Part shown: positions 12,231 through 24,400 of the stretch, in pieces
Layout of the letters: every line of letters starts with the position of its first letter
How positions within the stretch are numbered: the first letter of the stretch is position 1
Source of the DNA: Octopus bimaculoides
Taxonomy: Eukaryota
Reading direction: 5' to 3'
Assembly (NCBI RefSeq): GCF_001194135.2
Contig: NC_068996.1
Coordinates: forward strand, 42,177,126-42,213,503
DNA: 36,378 nt
Notes under the pieces: generated by a model
Seen by the model: only the letters and a program-made list of their open reading frames with translations
Told to the model about the DNA's origin: nothing
Database searches by the model: none
Made by a program: the position numbers and the translations under genes

Positions 12231-15200
12231 TACTTAGATACTTAGGTTTCGGGCACATTGGTCCCGGTCATAGCTAACTTAATAGCGCCACGTAGAACAG
12301 ACATTTGCTAACGTATTTTTGTATAGTTATTTTAAGGCCCCATTGCCCATTCGATTAAAGAGTTGTTGTTTGCAGAAGTATATCCGGGTGGAGGTGGTTC
12401 ATCTGGAATTTGTTGGAGATAATCATCTAGGAACCTTTTGAAGGTTATGAAATCTTTTTCCTCCTTTATATGCTTTGGAATGATGTTAAAAAGAGCAGTG
12501 TCCAGTTGAGGAGAAGTGGTTCTGTCTTAGTGATGTGATGTGCTCGGAGCACGATTTCTGTGGAGGGTGCATGGCACGGGGACCAAGCCTTAGGTGGATT
12601 TTAAAAGTGATACCGATATCATTTGGGTAATACTGTCGGAACAGTTTCCATATCATACAAATAATAAAGCGACCTCGGCGGAACTGGAGAGAATACAGTT
12701 TGAGATTCGCGAGTCGATCCCAATAATTAAGACCAGACATGCCATCAATATCTTTTGTAATTGATCTCTGGAGTGCTTCAAGCTTTTTAATATTCTGTCT
12801 CGTGCAGGGAGACCATAGCGGGAAACAGTATTCAAGGTGTGGGCGGTCGAAGGTAGTAAAAAGAAGAATAATGGTTGGAGCATCTCTAGACTGGAAAGTC
12901 CAGAAGCACACCCTGCTGGCAATGTGTGCTTTCTTGTTTATGTGGACACTCCAACTTAAGTTATTGTCGACAGTCACACCGAGGTCCCTAGCGGTGTTTG
13001 ATGCCGTGAAGTGTTTGCCTGAAGGAAGAATATATGATTGTTTAAGCGCAGCCTCGTTACCAAAGTGGATTAACTCAAACCTGTTCTCGTTCAGTTGCAT
13101 GTTGTTTCTGTGCCCATTGGATAACAGCAACCAGATCCGATTGACGATTTGTCTGGTCTCCCATCCTGTCAACAACCTTCAGAAGCTTAGAGTCATCCGC
13201 GAAATTTTTTATATTACTGTACTCAATGACCATGATGATGTCATTTATGTAGATAAGGAGCAAGGGTGGGCCTAATACAGTGCCTTGTGGGACACCACTG
13301 ATGACTTTGTTGTGCTTGATCGAACACCATTGATCATCACATGCTGTGTTCTGTTCACCAGAAAGGTTTTAAACCACTTTAGAAGCCTCCCTTGCACTCC
13401 AATGCTGGAGAGTTTTTTAACAAGGTGTTGCGATCAACCTTGTCAAAACCTTGCTGTAGTCAAGACATATGACATCTGCATTCAATCCTTCACCCAAGGC
13501 CTTTAGGATATCATCGAAATTATGCAGGAGCTGTGTAAGTCAGTCCCTGCCATTGCGGAAACCATGCTGGTTGGGAAACAACAGGTTGTTGCTTTCCAGG
13601 ATGTGAGTAACTCTAGATCGCACCACTCTCTCAAATAATTTGATGAGATAAGTAAGTGAACAGAACGCAGCACAACAAATGTCATCAGTGGTGTCCCACA
13701 AGGCACTGCGTTAGGTCCACTCCTGTTCTTTATCTGCATAAATGACATCATCAGGGTCGTTAAATACAGAAAGGTCGGTAATTCGCTGCCTGGGACTTGC
13801 TGCCCTTTTTGATCGACTGAGAAAGGAAACTATCAGGAATGTAGCCAGTGTCTAGTGATTTCCTCCAGAGAATGGTTAGTGGGAATGCGAGGTGGTGAAT
13901 GAAGGCATTCCTTCGGGACTTTAGCGAGGAATCTGTCAGCACCTGAAGCTGAGTTGTTTGTAATTTTACTTCTAGCTGCCATGATATCTGGGACACCAAA
14001 TGATATATCACACAGGGTGTGCTCAGGGTTTGATTCGGGATTGCTAAAAGCGGGGCAGTATTTACTTCTGCAGAATCTCGACCATGTCCGCTGTACCACT
14101 TTGCAGTGTGTTGTTTTCATCAATGAGAGGTCCAATAGATGAGACTGCAGCATTATGCTTGTTAATGAAAGAGCAGAACACTTTCGGGTTGACTTTTATT
14201 TTATCAATGGCTCATTTCTCTTCTGCTTTTCTTTGATCGTCAATAACATTTTCCAAACAGTTTTGGAGATGGTGTTTCCTTGATCCTAACGAGTCTATAT
14301 CAGCCATGTGAGAGTGTTGCAGCTGGCAATATTTTAGCCGGTTGATTATTTGATTCATTCACTTTATCTTTCGTGTGAGTGATTTTCAGGGACGTGTTAG
14401 TCCATATTTTGTCTTGTTCATGGAGCGTATTGTGGTGTTGTGCAGATATATGTTTGTGACAAAGTTCATAAATAGCTGCCATGATGAATCAATACTTCTT
14501 GGAGTGTAGGAGTCCATGAAATCGAAGGGATGTGAGGGATTGAGATCACACGGATACGCAATTGGATGCCAGAATCTTAGGCGACAGAGAACCATATCGT
14601 GGTCGGAAAGAAGGGTTCTTTTTTCCACTGTAATATCGTGGATATTGTTTGTGTGGTTGCTTAGCACTAAGTCCAGAATGTTCTTGTTGAATTTCGTTGG
14701 CACGAGCACGAGTTGGGACAGGGAAAATTCATCCATAAATTGAAATAGCGATACCACAGCGGCTTTGTCTGAAGTGGAAATGCACGCATCAGTTTTCAGG
14801 GTATGGGTAGATCAGTTAACACAGGGGAAATTGAAGTCACCTATCATTAAAATATTATCAGGATGACAATGTTGAATGAAAGACTTGATATTCGTGAGGC
14901 AGTCCTTGACGCACAATAGCGTTGCAAGAGCTGGCCTGCGGAGCCCAATTATTGCTAAATCATTCGTTTTGTTGTAGACAGATACTGATTCACAATAGCC
15001 ATTGGAAAATGAGACATCTGTTTCTGCGGTAAATGATTCATGTAGGAAAATTTCAACTCCTCCCTTTCTTCTACCGATGTAGTCTGCTCCGATTGTGGTG
15101 AGATTCCTTACTTTTACTTCAGCTTCCAAGTGGAAGTTGTCAAGGTGGATTTCAGTAAGGCGGTAACTCAGCCCTCAATGAATTGGATCTTCCATCTTTT

Positions 15201-15812
15201 TGCATTAAAGGGTGTGCAGATGCTTTGTACATTGAGTAAGAATGTTCGGACTGGAGTAGTGGCCTGGTTAGACATTTTAGAGGCCTCGGTAGAGATTTGT
15301 GGGTTAATGATAGTGAGGAGGATAGGTTTTGCACTGAGGTAACGGCAGAAGTTGCTTCCGTGTGATAGGTCAAGATACTCTTCTGGATCTCTTTGGCTAG
15401 GTTCCGGAAGGATAAAAAAGAAATAACCTGGTTAAGGAGAACTTCGCGGCTGGAGTTGTTTACATACACAGTTATGTTGGTTGCTTCTACTGCTTCGAAT
15501 GGATGTTCTCCAGTTTCCTGAACTGTTAAGGAAATTCGTGCCATTACTTTTGTTTTTGTTTTTACTTTTGTTTGTGTTCACGTTGGGAGAGTGCTTGTAA
15601 CCAAGATTGTGGGAAAGGTGCACACTGATGCTCCTGCAACAGGGTGGATATTTTTGGAGTGGATTTTGGTGATGGTTGGGAGTATTGTCTTTCATGGTAT
15701 GTCGCGTCTCAGGGAGATGGGTAAAATTGCAATCTTGCAGTAAACATGCCCTCTCACGCTGGGAGTAATGGCAGATTTTAGGGTTACGATTTCTTGGTTT
15801 TGGTGGCGATAT
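12231..15812 (-). mobile_element. Near full-length decayed CR1/L2-group LINE (part of ORF1; ORF2 with APE and RT)
   Basis: APE motifs: RKGGVEIFLHE, ILMIGDFNFP, NILDLVLSN, LSDHDMV. RT motifs: AANYRP, SGVPQGTVLGP, IYINDI, NFADDSKL, ARDLGVTVDNNLSW, RPHLEYCFPLWSP, LKLYSL. The 3' tail is an 8-bp repeat, (CTAAGTAT)2, at 12231-12245. Confidence 0.9.
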
Positions 15813-15816
15813 ATAT

Positions 15817-15970
15817 TCTTTTACTTGTTTCAGTCATTTGACTGCGGCCATGCTGGAGCACCGCCTTTAGTCGATTCGGTTTCTTTTTGCCAAACCGCTA
15901 AGTTACGAGGACGTAAACACACCAGCATCGGTTGTCAAACAACGGTGGGGGGACAAACACAGACACACAA

Positions 15971-16004
<34 letters not shown>

Positions 16005-16166
16005 TATATACGACGGGCTTCTTTCAGTTTCCGTCTACCAAATCCATTCACAAGGCTTTGGTCGGCCCGAGGCTATAGTAGAAGACACTTGCCAAAGGTA
16101 CTACGAAGTGGGACTGAACCCGGAATCATCTGGTTGGTGTGCAACCTACTTACCACACAACAACTC
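15817..16166 (-). mobile_element. SINE family A copy with an internal deletion in the 3' half
   Basis: It aligns with 8561-8973 but lacks the ...AAATCGACCCCAGGACTTATTC...TATTCT segment. Confidence 0.88.
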
Positions 16167-16693
16167 CACCTACAAATCACTAGTCATTTGCCCNNNNNNN
16201 NNNNNNNNNNNNNNNNNNNNNNNNNNNNNNNNNNNNNNNNNNNNNNNNNNNNNNNNNNNNNNNNNNNNNNNNNNNNNNNNNNNNNNNNNNNNNNNNNNNN
16301 NNNNNNNNNNNNNNNNNNNNNNNNNNNNNNNNNNNNNNNNNNNNNNNNNNNNNNNNNNNNNNNNNNNNNNNNNNNNNNNNNNNNNNNNNNNNNNNNNNNN
16401 NNNNNNNNNNNNNNNNNNNNNNNNNNNNNNNNNNNNNNNNNNNNNNNNNNNNNNNNNNNNNNNNNNNNNNNNNNNNNNNNNNNNNNNNNNNNNNNNNNNN
16501 NNNNNNNNNNNNNNNNNNNNNNNNNNNNNNNNNNNNNNNNNNNNNNNNNNNNNNNNNNNNNNNNNNNNNNNNNNNNNNNNNNNNNNNNNNNNNNNNNNNN
16601 NNNNNNNNNNNNNNNNNNNNNNNNNNNNNNNNNNNNNNNNNNNNNNNNNNNNNNNNNNNNNNNNNNNNNNNNNNNNNNNNNNNNNNNNNNNNN

Positions 16694-16729
<36 letters not shown>

Positions 16730-16857
16730 CCCATACACGCACGCACACGCATTAATATACACACACATTCACACACGCACACACACACGCACACACACAC
16801 ACACTTACTCAACAAAATTTATTGTAAGCTATCACATTTGTTGAAACACAAAACAGA

Positions 16858-16894
<37 letters not shown>

Positions 16895-17070
16895 TCACAT
16901 GCGTACACAAACCTCCATACACACTCACACACATGTGTGTGAGTGTGTGTGTGTGTGTATTTGCGTGTGGTGTGGGGTGGTCTTCGTGAGGATGTATGTG
17001 TATGCGTGTGCACGTGAGTGTATATGCATGTGTTTCTATGAGTGTGTGTGTGTTTGTGTGTGTCTGGATA
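16694..17070. repeat. (TA)n/(CA)n/(TG)n microsatellite block
   Basis: Directly visible. Confidence 0.9.
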
Positions 17071-17544
17071 CCTAAACAAATATTTTATAAAAAGATATAC
17101 AACGCCAAAAAGAAGAACAAAAGAAAATATAAAGCAGAATTACAATCTTTGAAATCGAAGCTGATACTCACAAACAATAAATAAAATACATAAAGAAAAA
17201 CCAGAGAAGAAAAAAAAAGCATACAAAAGCATACAAAAAAAGCATACAACAAAACAAAAATGGAAATATATTCGGCATGGCTTTAATTCGCATATATAAG
17301 AAAGGAAATTGTTCTGTGCTAAAACAAATTGTAAATTTCTCCTCCAGTGGACAAATTTTAGTGTTTGGCGCCAAGAAGTCTCATGATGAAGTGGCCTATT
17401 TGTTTTCTATTTACTTCACAAGTGGGTGGAATTGGTAATAATTTCTTCAACCAATATTCAAACAAGTATTATAGGAGCCGAACCTTAAAGGTGAATAAAC
17501 GAAAATTTTTATGTTGTAATTCTTGAGTTATAAAATTCTCATAC

Positions 17545-17944
17545 GCGCAGGAGTGGCTGTGTGGTATGTAGCATGATTACCAACCACATGGTTCCGGGTT
17601 CAGTCCCACTGCGTGGCGCCTTGGGCTAGTGTCTTCTACTATAGCCTCGGGCCGACCAAAGCCTTGTGAGTGGATTTGGTAGACGGAAACTGAAAGAAGC
17701 CCATAGTATATATGTATATATATGTGTGCGTGTGTTTGTATGTCTGTGTTTGTCCCCCCAACATCGCTTGACAACCGATGCTGGTGTGTTTATGTCCCCG
17801 TCACTTAGCGGATCGGCAAAAAAGGCCGATAGAATAAGTACTAGGCTTACAAAGAATAAGTCCCAGGGTCGATTTGCTCGACTAAAGGCGGTGCCCCAGC
17901 ATGGCTGCAGTCAAATGACTGAAACAAGTAAAAGAGTAAGAGTA
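17545..17944 (+). mobile_element. Full-length SINE family A copy
   Basis: GCAGGAGTGGCTGTGTGGT (A-box-like)...GGTTCAGTCCC (B-box-like)...GCCTTGTGAGTGGATTTGGTAGACGGAAAC...GAAACAAGTAAAAGAGTAAGAG. Confidence 0.92.
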
Positions 17945-18113
17945 TATATATATGTATGTGTATATATATATATGTATGTGTATATATATATGTGTGTATG
18001 TGTGTGTGTGTGTGTACACATATACATATACACATACATGCATACCTAAACATATATGTATATACACATATACATGCATACATATACACACATTCGCTCA
18101 CACTTAAAAGCAT

Positions 18114-18175
<62 letters not shown>

Positions 18176-18310
18176 TTATGTATGCACATATATGCATCTT
18201 CATATGTGCATACGCTCACCCCCCCCCACATACACACACAAACACGCACACACACGCATCCGTATACATATGTATTTATATGTGTGAGTTTTTTATGTGC
18301 ATATATGTAC
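17945..18310. repeat. (TA)n/(TG)n/(CA)n microsatellite block
   Basis: Directly visible. Confidence 0.9.
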
Positions 18311-18809
18311 GGATGTTTAAAAAGTACGTGTTAGTTTATTTCATTTCGAGTATGTCTTGCATTCGGCTAAACTTGATTTCGGTCAGCATATGTTCAATGC
18401 TGAATTATCCATTTTCTTAATACAATCTCCTTTGGCATTTATTCGATTCTTGCAAAAATAATCTCCATGGTAAATACTTAATGATGTAAACACTGAACTG
18501 AAACATTTTTGAGATTAATTGAAGTTTTTCATAATTAATTGCAATTATGATTTTTCTTTTCAACGGTTTAACCATATTTGTGGGTGACTTATAGTGTTTA
18601 CTATTATTATTGGAGTTGGAAAGGCGATAAAGCCTGTTAAAATGACATATTTCATTCGTATTCTTGCACGCTATTTTCCATATAATATGTCGGTTATATA
18701 TAAGAATTCTTCGTGTTTGTGTGCGTGCATGTGTGTGCGTAAGCGCGCGCGCGTATGTGTGTATGTATGTGGGTATATATATATATATATATATGGTAAA
18801 AGTGCATGT

Positions 18810-19119
18810 TTTACTGGCTAGAGTATTTGGCTCATGATCATAAGGTTGTGAGTTCGAGTCCCATTGGTGCGAAGTCCGCTTGAACAAGACATTTTATTTC
18901 ACGTTGCTACAGTCCACTCAGCTAGCAAAATTGAGTTGTACCTATGATCTAAAGGGCCAGCCTTGTCACACTCTGTGTCATGCTGAATCTCCCTGAGAAC
19001 TATGTTAAGGGGTACATGTGTCTGTTGGGTGCCCAGCCAGTTGTACGTTCATTTCACGAGCAGGCTCTTCCGTCGATCGGATCAACTGGAACACTTGTCA
19101 TCGTAACTGACAGATAGCC
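18810..19119 (+). mobile_element. tRNA-derived SINE (family C), older copy
   Basis: B-box GTTCGAGTCC at ~18852. The 3' ~190 bp (AAAGGGCCAGCCTTGTCACACTCTGTGTC...TTTCACGAGCAGGCT...CAACTGGAAC) is homologous to the reverse complement of 33521-33690. Confidence 0.8.
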
Positions 19120-19523
19120 GGTTTTGTGCGCACGCACACTGGTGTGTGTGTGTGTGTGCGCGCAGGTGTGCGTTCGGGAACCTGCATGTGTGTGCATGTG
19201 TGTGAGTTTAAGCACTGCTGTTATCAGTTTCGGACCCTCTGTTGCCGATTTTAGGTTGACTATTGCAATCTTCGGGTTTGACATACAATACATACATATA
19301 CTGGAACCTGAATTTTAAATGTTTTCTCTTTTCTTTCTTTTTTTCCATTCAACTCTTTAATCGAAGTTTAATACAAGCATGTGTTTATGTGCCCATGTAT
19401 GTGTGTGAGAGAAATATAGGTACTTTGTGTAAGTCTGTGTGTGTATATAAACACACACACACACACATACAAACGCACACACTCTCACATATCTGTATAT
19501 GTATATGTACAGATATATATGTG

Positions 19524-19554
<31 letters not shown>

Positions 19555-20446
19555 NNNNNNNNNNNNNNNNNNNNNNNNNNNNNNNNNNNNNNNNNNNNNN
19601 NNNNNNNNNNNNNNNNNNNNNNNNNNNNNNNNNNNNNNNNNNNNNNNNNNNNNNNNNNNNNNNNNNNNNNNNNNNNNNNNNNNNNNNNNNNNNNNNNNNN
19701 NNNNNNNNNNNNNNNNNNNNNNNNNNNNNNNNNNNNNNNNNNNNNNNNNNNNNNNNNNNNNNNNNNNNNNNNNNNNNNNNNNNNNNNNNNNNNNNNNNNN
19801 NNNNNNNNNNNNNNNNNNNNNNNNNNNNNNNNNNNNNNNNNNNNNNNNNNNNNNNNNNNNNNNNNNNNNNNNNNNNNNNNNNNNNNNNNNNNNNNNNNNN
19901 NNNNNNNNNNNNNNNNNNNNNNNNNNNNNNNNNNNNNNNNNNNNNNNNNNNNNNNNNNNNNNNNNNNNNNNNNNNNNNNNNNNNNNNNNNNNNNNNNNNN
20001 NNNNNNNNNNNNNNNNNNNNNNNNNNNNNNNNNNNNNNNNNNNNNNNNNNNNNNNNNNNNNNNNNNNNNNNNNNNNNNNNNNNNNNNNNNNNNNNNNNNN
20101 NNNNNNNNNNNNNNNNNNNNNNNNNNNNNNNNNNNNNNNNNNNNNNNNNNNNNNNNNNNNNNNNNNNNNNNNNNNNNNNNNNNNNNNNNNNNNNNNNNNN
20201 NNNNNNNNNNNNNNNNNNNNNNNNNNNNNNNNNNNNNNNNNNNNNNNNNNNNNNNNNNNNNNNNNNNNNNNNNNNNNNNNNNNNNNNNNNNNNNNNNNNN
20301 NNNNNNNNNNNNNNNNNNNNNNNNNNNNNNNNNNNNNNNNNNNNNNNNNNNNNNNNNNNNNNNNNNNNNNNNNNNNNNNNNNNNNNNNNNNNNNNNNNNN
20401 NNNNNNNNNNNNNNNNNNNNNNNNNNNNNNNNNNNNNNNNNNNNNN

Positions 20447-20518
<72 letters not shown>

Positions 20519-20598
20519 TGTATATGTATATGTATATATATATATGTATGTGTATATATATGTATGTATGTATATATACATGTATGTATATGTATGTA

Positions 20599-20629
<31 letters not shown>

Positions 20630-20639
20630 TATATGTAAT

Positions 20640-21225
20640 CTCCCCATACAAAACAAAACCTTTCGAAAATTGAATCACGCCAGACGTCATTCACTAAAAG
20701 AATTAAGAACATGACTGATCTCGATTATTGGTACTGACTTAAAGCATTGAAACTCTATCCCTTTCAGCGCCGCCGCAAGAGATACATCATTTGCACGATG
20801 TGGAGGATATACCATCAGCATTGCCCAAACGACCTCAACATTAGCTTCAAAATTCATCCAAGGCTAAGAACACGGGCCATACGTCCCCTACTCAATTCAG
20901 GATCACAACACATAAATACACTGCAACACAATTTCTTTTCCTTCACAGGCCATCCCCTATTTAACATTGTCTTGAAATAGATCAAAATGGAAAAGGATTC
21001 CATCACCTTTAAACAGAATCTGGACAAATGTCTTCAAGGAATACCGAATACCAGATAAGCCACCTATACCTGGATACAGCTCGCTCATCAAGAACTCCTT
21101 TCTCGAATGGACTATGATACCACAAAACTTAACTTTAAAAGGATTTAGCTAATCCTATCAGGTGGTGCTATTAAGTTAGACATGGCCTAGGCCAATCTTT
21201 GATCGAAACGAATCTAAGTTACATA
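20640..21225 (+). mobile_element. 5'-truncated 3' fragment of a CR1/L2-group LINE related to the 12.2-15.8 kb element
   Basis: KLYPFQRRRKRYIICTMWRIYHQHCPNDLNISFKIHPRL parallels KLYSLQFRRGRFIICMIWKLFRQYYPNDIGITFKIHLRL. The 3' ends share GCTATTAA(A)GTTAG...CCAAT...CGAAAC...CTAAGT. Confidence 0.88.
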
Positions 21226-21494
21226 NNNNNNNNNNAGAGAGAGAGAGAGAGATATTAAAATTTGATGTTGAAAATGCACCTGAATTTGAAAAACTTGTAA
21301 TAGTTTTTAAATAAATTTATTTACATACATTCTAAACTATTTTCGACAATATTTTTTATTTATCAATGGTAAAAATTGAAAATTGCCAAGTAGAAAAGCA
21401 CGTCTAAAAGATTTAATGTTTACAAAATTCAGTAATATCAAATATGATTTAAATGTTCACTACATTCAATAATATACAAAATGTTGATCATCTT

Positions 21495-24400
21495 ATTTAA
21501 TTGCATAAAATTCAATAGTGTTAGAAGTGATCGATAAGAAATGTGAATCACCAAAGGCTCGGTCATACTGGGTTAAGAGGTAGAAAAACAAAGGAGAAAT
21601 GACGATAGTGAAAAAAAAAAAGAGGTTTGTTACAGTTTCTGTGATTCTTTTTCCGTCATGTGCAGGCATTTTCGCTTGTAACAGCGTTTTTTGGAATCCG
21701 GTGTATTTATAATTTTTGTTTTTTCCGTGAACTGATCTGATTTTTGATTCGTTAAAGTACTGATGACGTGTTATTTTTTTGGTGGTCAAGTTTGTGTTCT
21801 GCCTAGTTGACTTCCCGTAGGAAACGTCATCAGCCGTTCCAGTTTGTTGATTTTCTTAAAGGGTCATTCTGTTGTATTTGCTGAAGTTCGGTTTTGAACG
21901 GAGGTAAAACTCCATTAGTCTATAGTTAGATGACGTCAGCAACTGGTGTTTGTATTGTGTTATTGCATGGTGATTTGGAGTTGCGGTTTCGAAACCCGAG
22001 TGGGAGACTGTTGTTAAAGTTTTTTAAATTATGTCAGTTGTCTCTGTTTTCTTTTTTTTTTTCGTGGAAAATTTGGTTCTTTTTTCCTTTTTCCTTTTAG
22101 TGTTTTTTCTTCTTTCTAAAAGAAAAATATAAGCTGTAGCTTATATTTTATAATGAGCATGCTCTTCTTATTCAAACAAAATTGGGCTGAAGTGTTTCCG
22201 GTGAATTGATAGAGAGGGAAGAATTGGTATTTCAAGTCCATGTTTGCAGGGCTTTGGTTTAGGTGTTTGCTTACGGGAATTTTCCTGGTCATGGAGTACC
22301 GGATTTGTTGCTTGTCCTTCAAAGTCAAACTCATTTCACCTAAGTTGTCTCCATCACACCCTCCACACGATGCACAGGTGCAGTGATTTTTTTTTAAGGT
22401 AAAAGTTTGACCTGACTTAAGTTTGCATGTTGAGTCTTCCAAGAGGAAGATGCAAGTCCCGCAATTAGGGCAGTTGCACTTTTTGATTAGTGGGGTTGTA
22501 TTTTTGGTGGGTAATTTGGCGCTGGTGAGTAACTATTTTAGGAATTGCGGTTGTCTCTTGCTTTTAATAATCTTATGTGTTTCCAGTGCCTTTTTCATTC
22601 GCAGGTCATTCATACGGAAGGGTATGCTTTGATGGATAATGTTGTATGCTTCCATGTTCCTCAGATTGTATGTTGATATGGAAGATAAAGTTTTAAGTAT
22701 GTCATGGTGTTTTCTTGTTTTCTGCAACTCATGGATATCTATCATTTTTGAACGTTCTATTCCGTTTTTGATTACACTGACCGGGTATTTTCTGTCTAGT
22801 AATGTGTTTTTAAGTTCTTGGAGTCGCTTTTCTCGAGTTTCGAGATTTGATCTAATATTGCCAATTCTTCTTGCTAAGTTCAATGGTATATTTATTTTAG
22901 TATATGGTAGACGAAGAATAGAAGATATTGTTTTGAGTCCGTTCATTTGAAGAATATGTCGGTTTCAATTTCAGTATCCCTTTTTATGATTAAGATGTCC
23001 AGGAAGGGTAGCTGTTTGCGGCTGTATACCATTGGGAACTGGATACTGTGGATAATGCTGTTGATTAAGTTTTTCAATTATGAGAGTTGCTTAAGGTTCT
23101 GTGACCACAGAATGAAACAGTCTTCCAGGTAGCATTTCTACTTGGTGAGAAAGTACTTTTGGAAATTGTCTCCAAATTTCAGTCTAGCGTGCTCGTATAT
23201 TTGGACTTCCAAGTATGCCATGACAAGGTTAGCCAAAGTAGGGGCTACCCTCGTTCTCATCGCCTTGCCCGATTTTGTCTATAAGTCTTCTCGTTGAAGT
23301 TGATGTTGTTCTGTAGGATGACTTTTATTCCTTCAACGATGAATTCTTTTCCGATTTGGTCAGGAATGTCATTTGGGAATTTTTCCAGTCAGTATTGTAT
23401 GGCTATTATTCCGTATTCGTGAGGAATCGAGGTGTAGAGGTTTATTACATCGAATGAAACCAGAAGGAAGTCTCGTGGGTTTTATTCGGGAGATAGTTTA
23501 AAAAGTCTAGATCATCCTTTATAAAACTCGAATAGGTTTAGTGAGGACGTCAATAAAGTTACTGAGTCTGTGTGTCTCTTTCTCAGATCTCTCGGATGTG
23601 GAATACTTACAACTACGGAAGTTGATTAGTTACAGGCTTCGTTTATGACTTCCCTTTTGTGGATTTTGGGAGGTACATAAAAGTTGTTGGTTTTGCAATC
23701 GAATTTAGTTAAGTAATCTCTCACTTTTTCCCGTTAAATCTTATTGGAACTGATGGATAAGGGTAGTAAGTTTTGCTGTTATCTTGGATTGACTGTAGTT
23801 GTTGACTTTTTCGTAGTTGGTATTTTCTTGAAGGAGTCGTATTCTTCTAGTCAGGTGTCGCACTATACGATGCTGTGGTCATTTATGTCTTGCCACCTTC
23901 CCCTGTCCTCTGCCCCATGGACAACTGAGAATAAAGACAATCCTGTGGCTGCGATGTCTTTCAGCCAAGAAGTGGGTGGTCTGCCCCTTTTGCGTCTGCC
24001 GTTCACCTTGCCAGTTATGATCGTTCGCTCAAGTCCATCCCGTGGCCAAAGAACCGTAGCTTCCGCTTCATGATGTTTCGCCGAAGCGTCAACTCGCAAC
24101 CGAGCTTTTCTAGTACCCAGTTGTTCGTCCTTCTCTCCCTCCACGACACACTAAGGATTCTGCGGTAACACCACATTTCAAAAGCTTTCACTCTTTTCTC
24201 GTCTGCCTTCAACATTGTCCGCAACTCGCAGCCGTATGTCGCAATAGAGAGAACCACAGCCCGAAGTAGCCTTATCTTCAGCAGCATTGACACGCTACGA
24301 CTCTTCCAGATGTTCTCCATATCTTGTACCGCTTGCCTCGCTATCACGAGCCTTCTCCGTATCTCTGGTGTACTTGATCCACTGGTGCTGATAGTGGATC

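Noticed and set aside
19240-19270. Short similarity (GCCGATTTTAGGTTGACTATT) to 15771-15792
   Set aside because: It is too short, and the CCCH frame is not reproduced. It is probably chance.
21759-21832. CTGATGA...GAAACGTC motifs in the Penelope pLTR as a hammerhead
   Set aside because: No stem I complementarity on either strand. The two CTGATGACGT copies simply form an inverted repeat.
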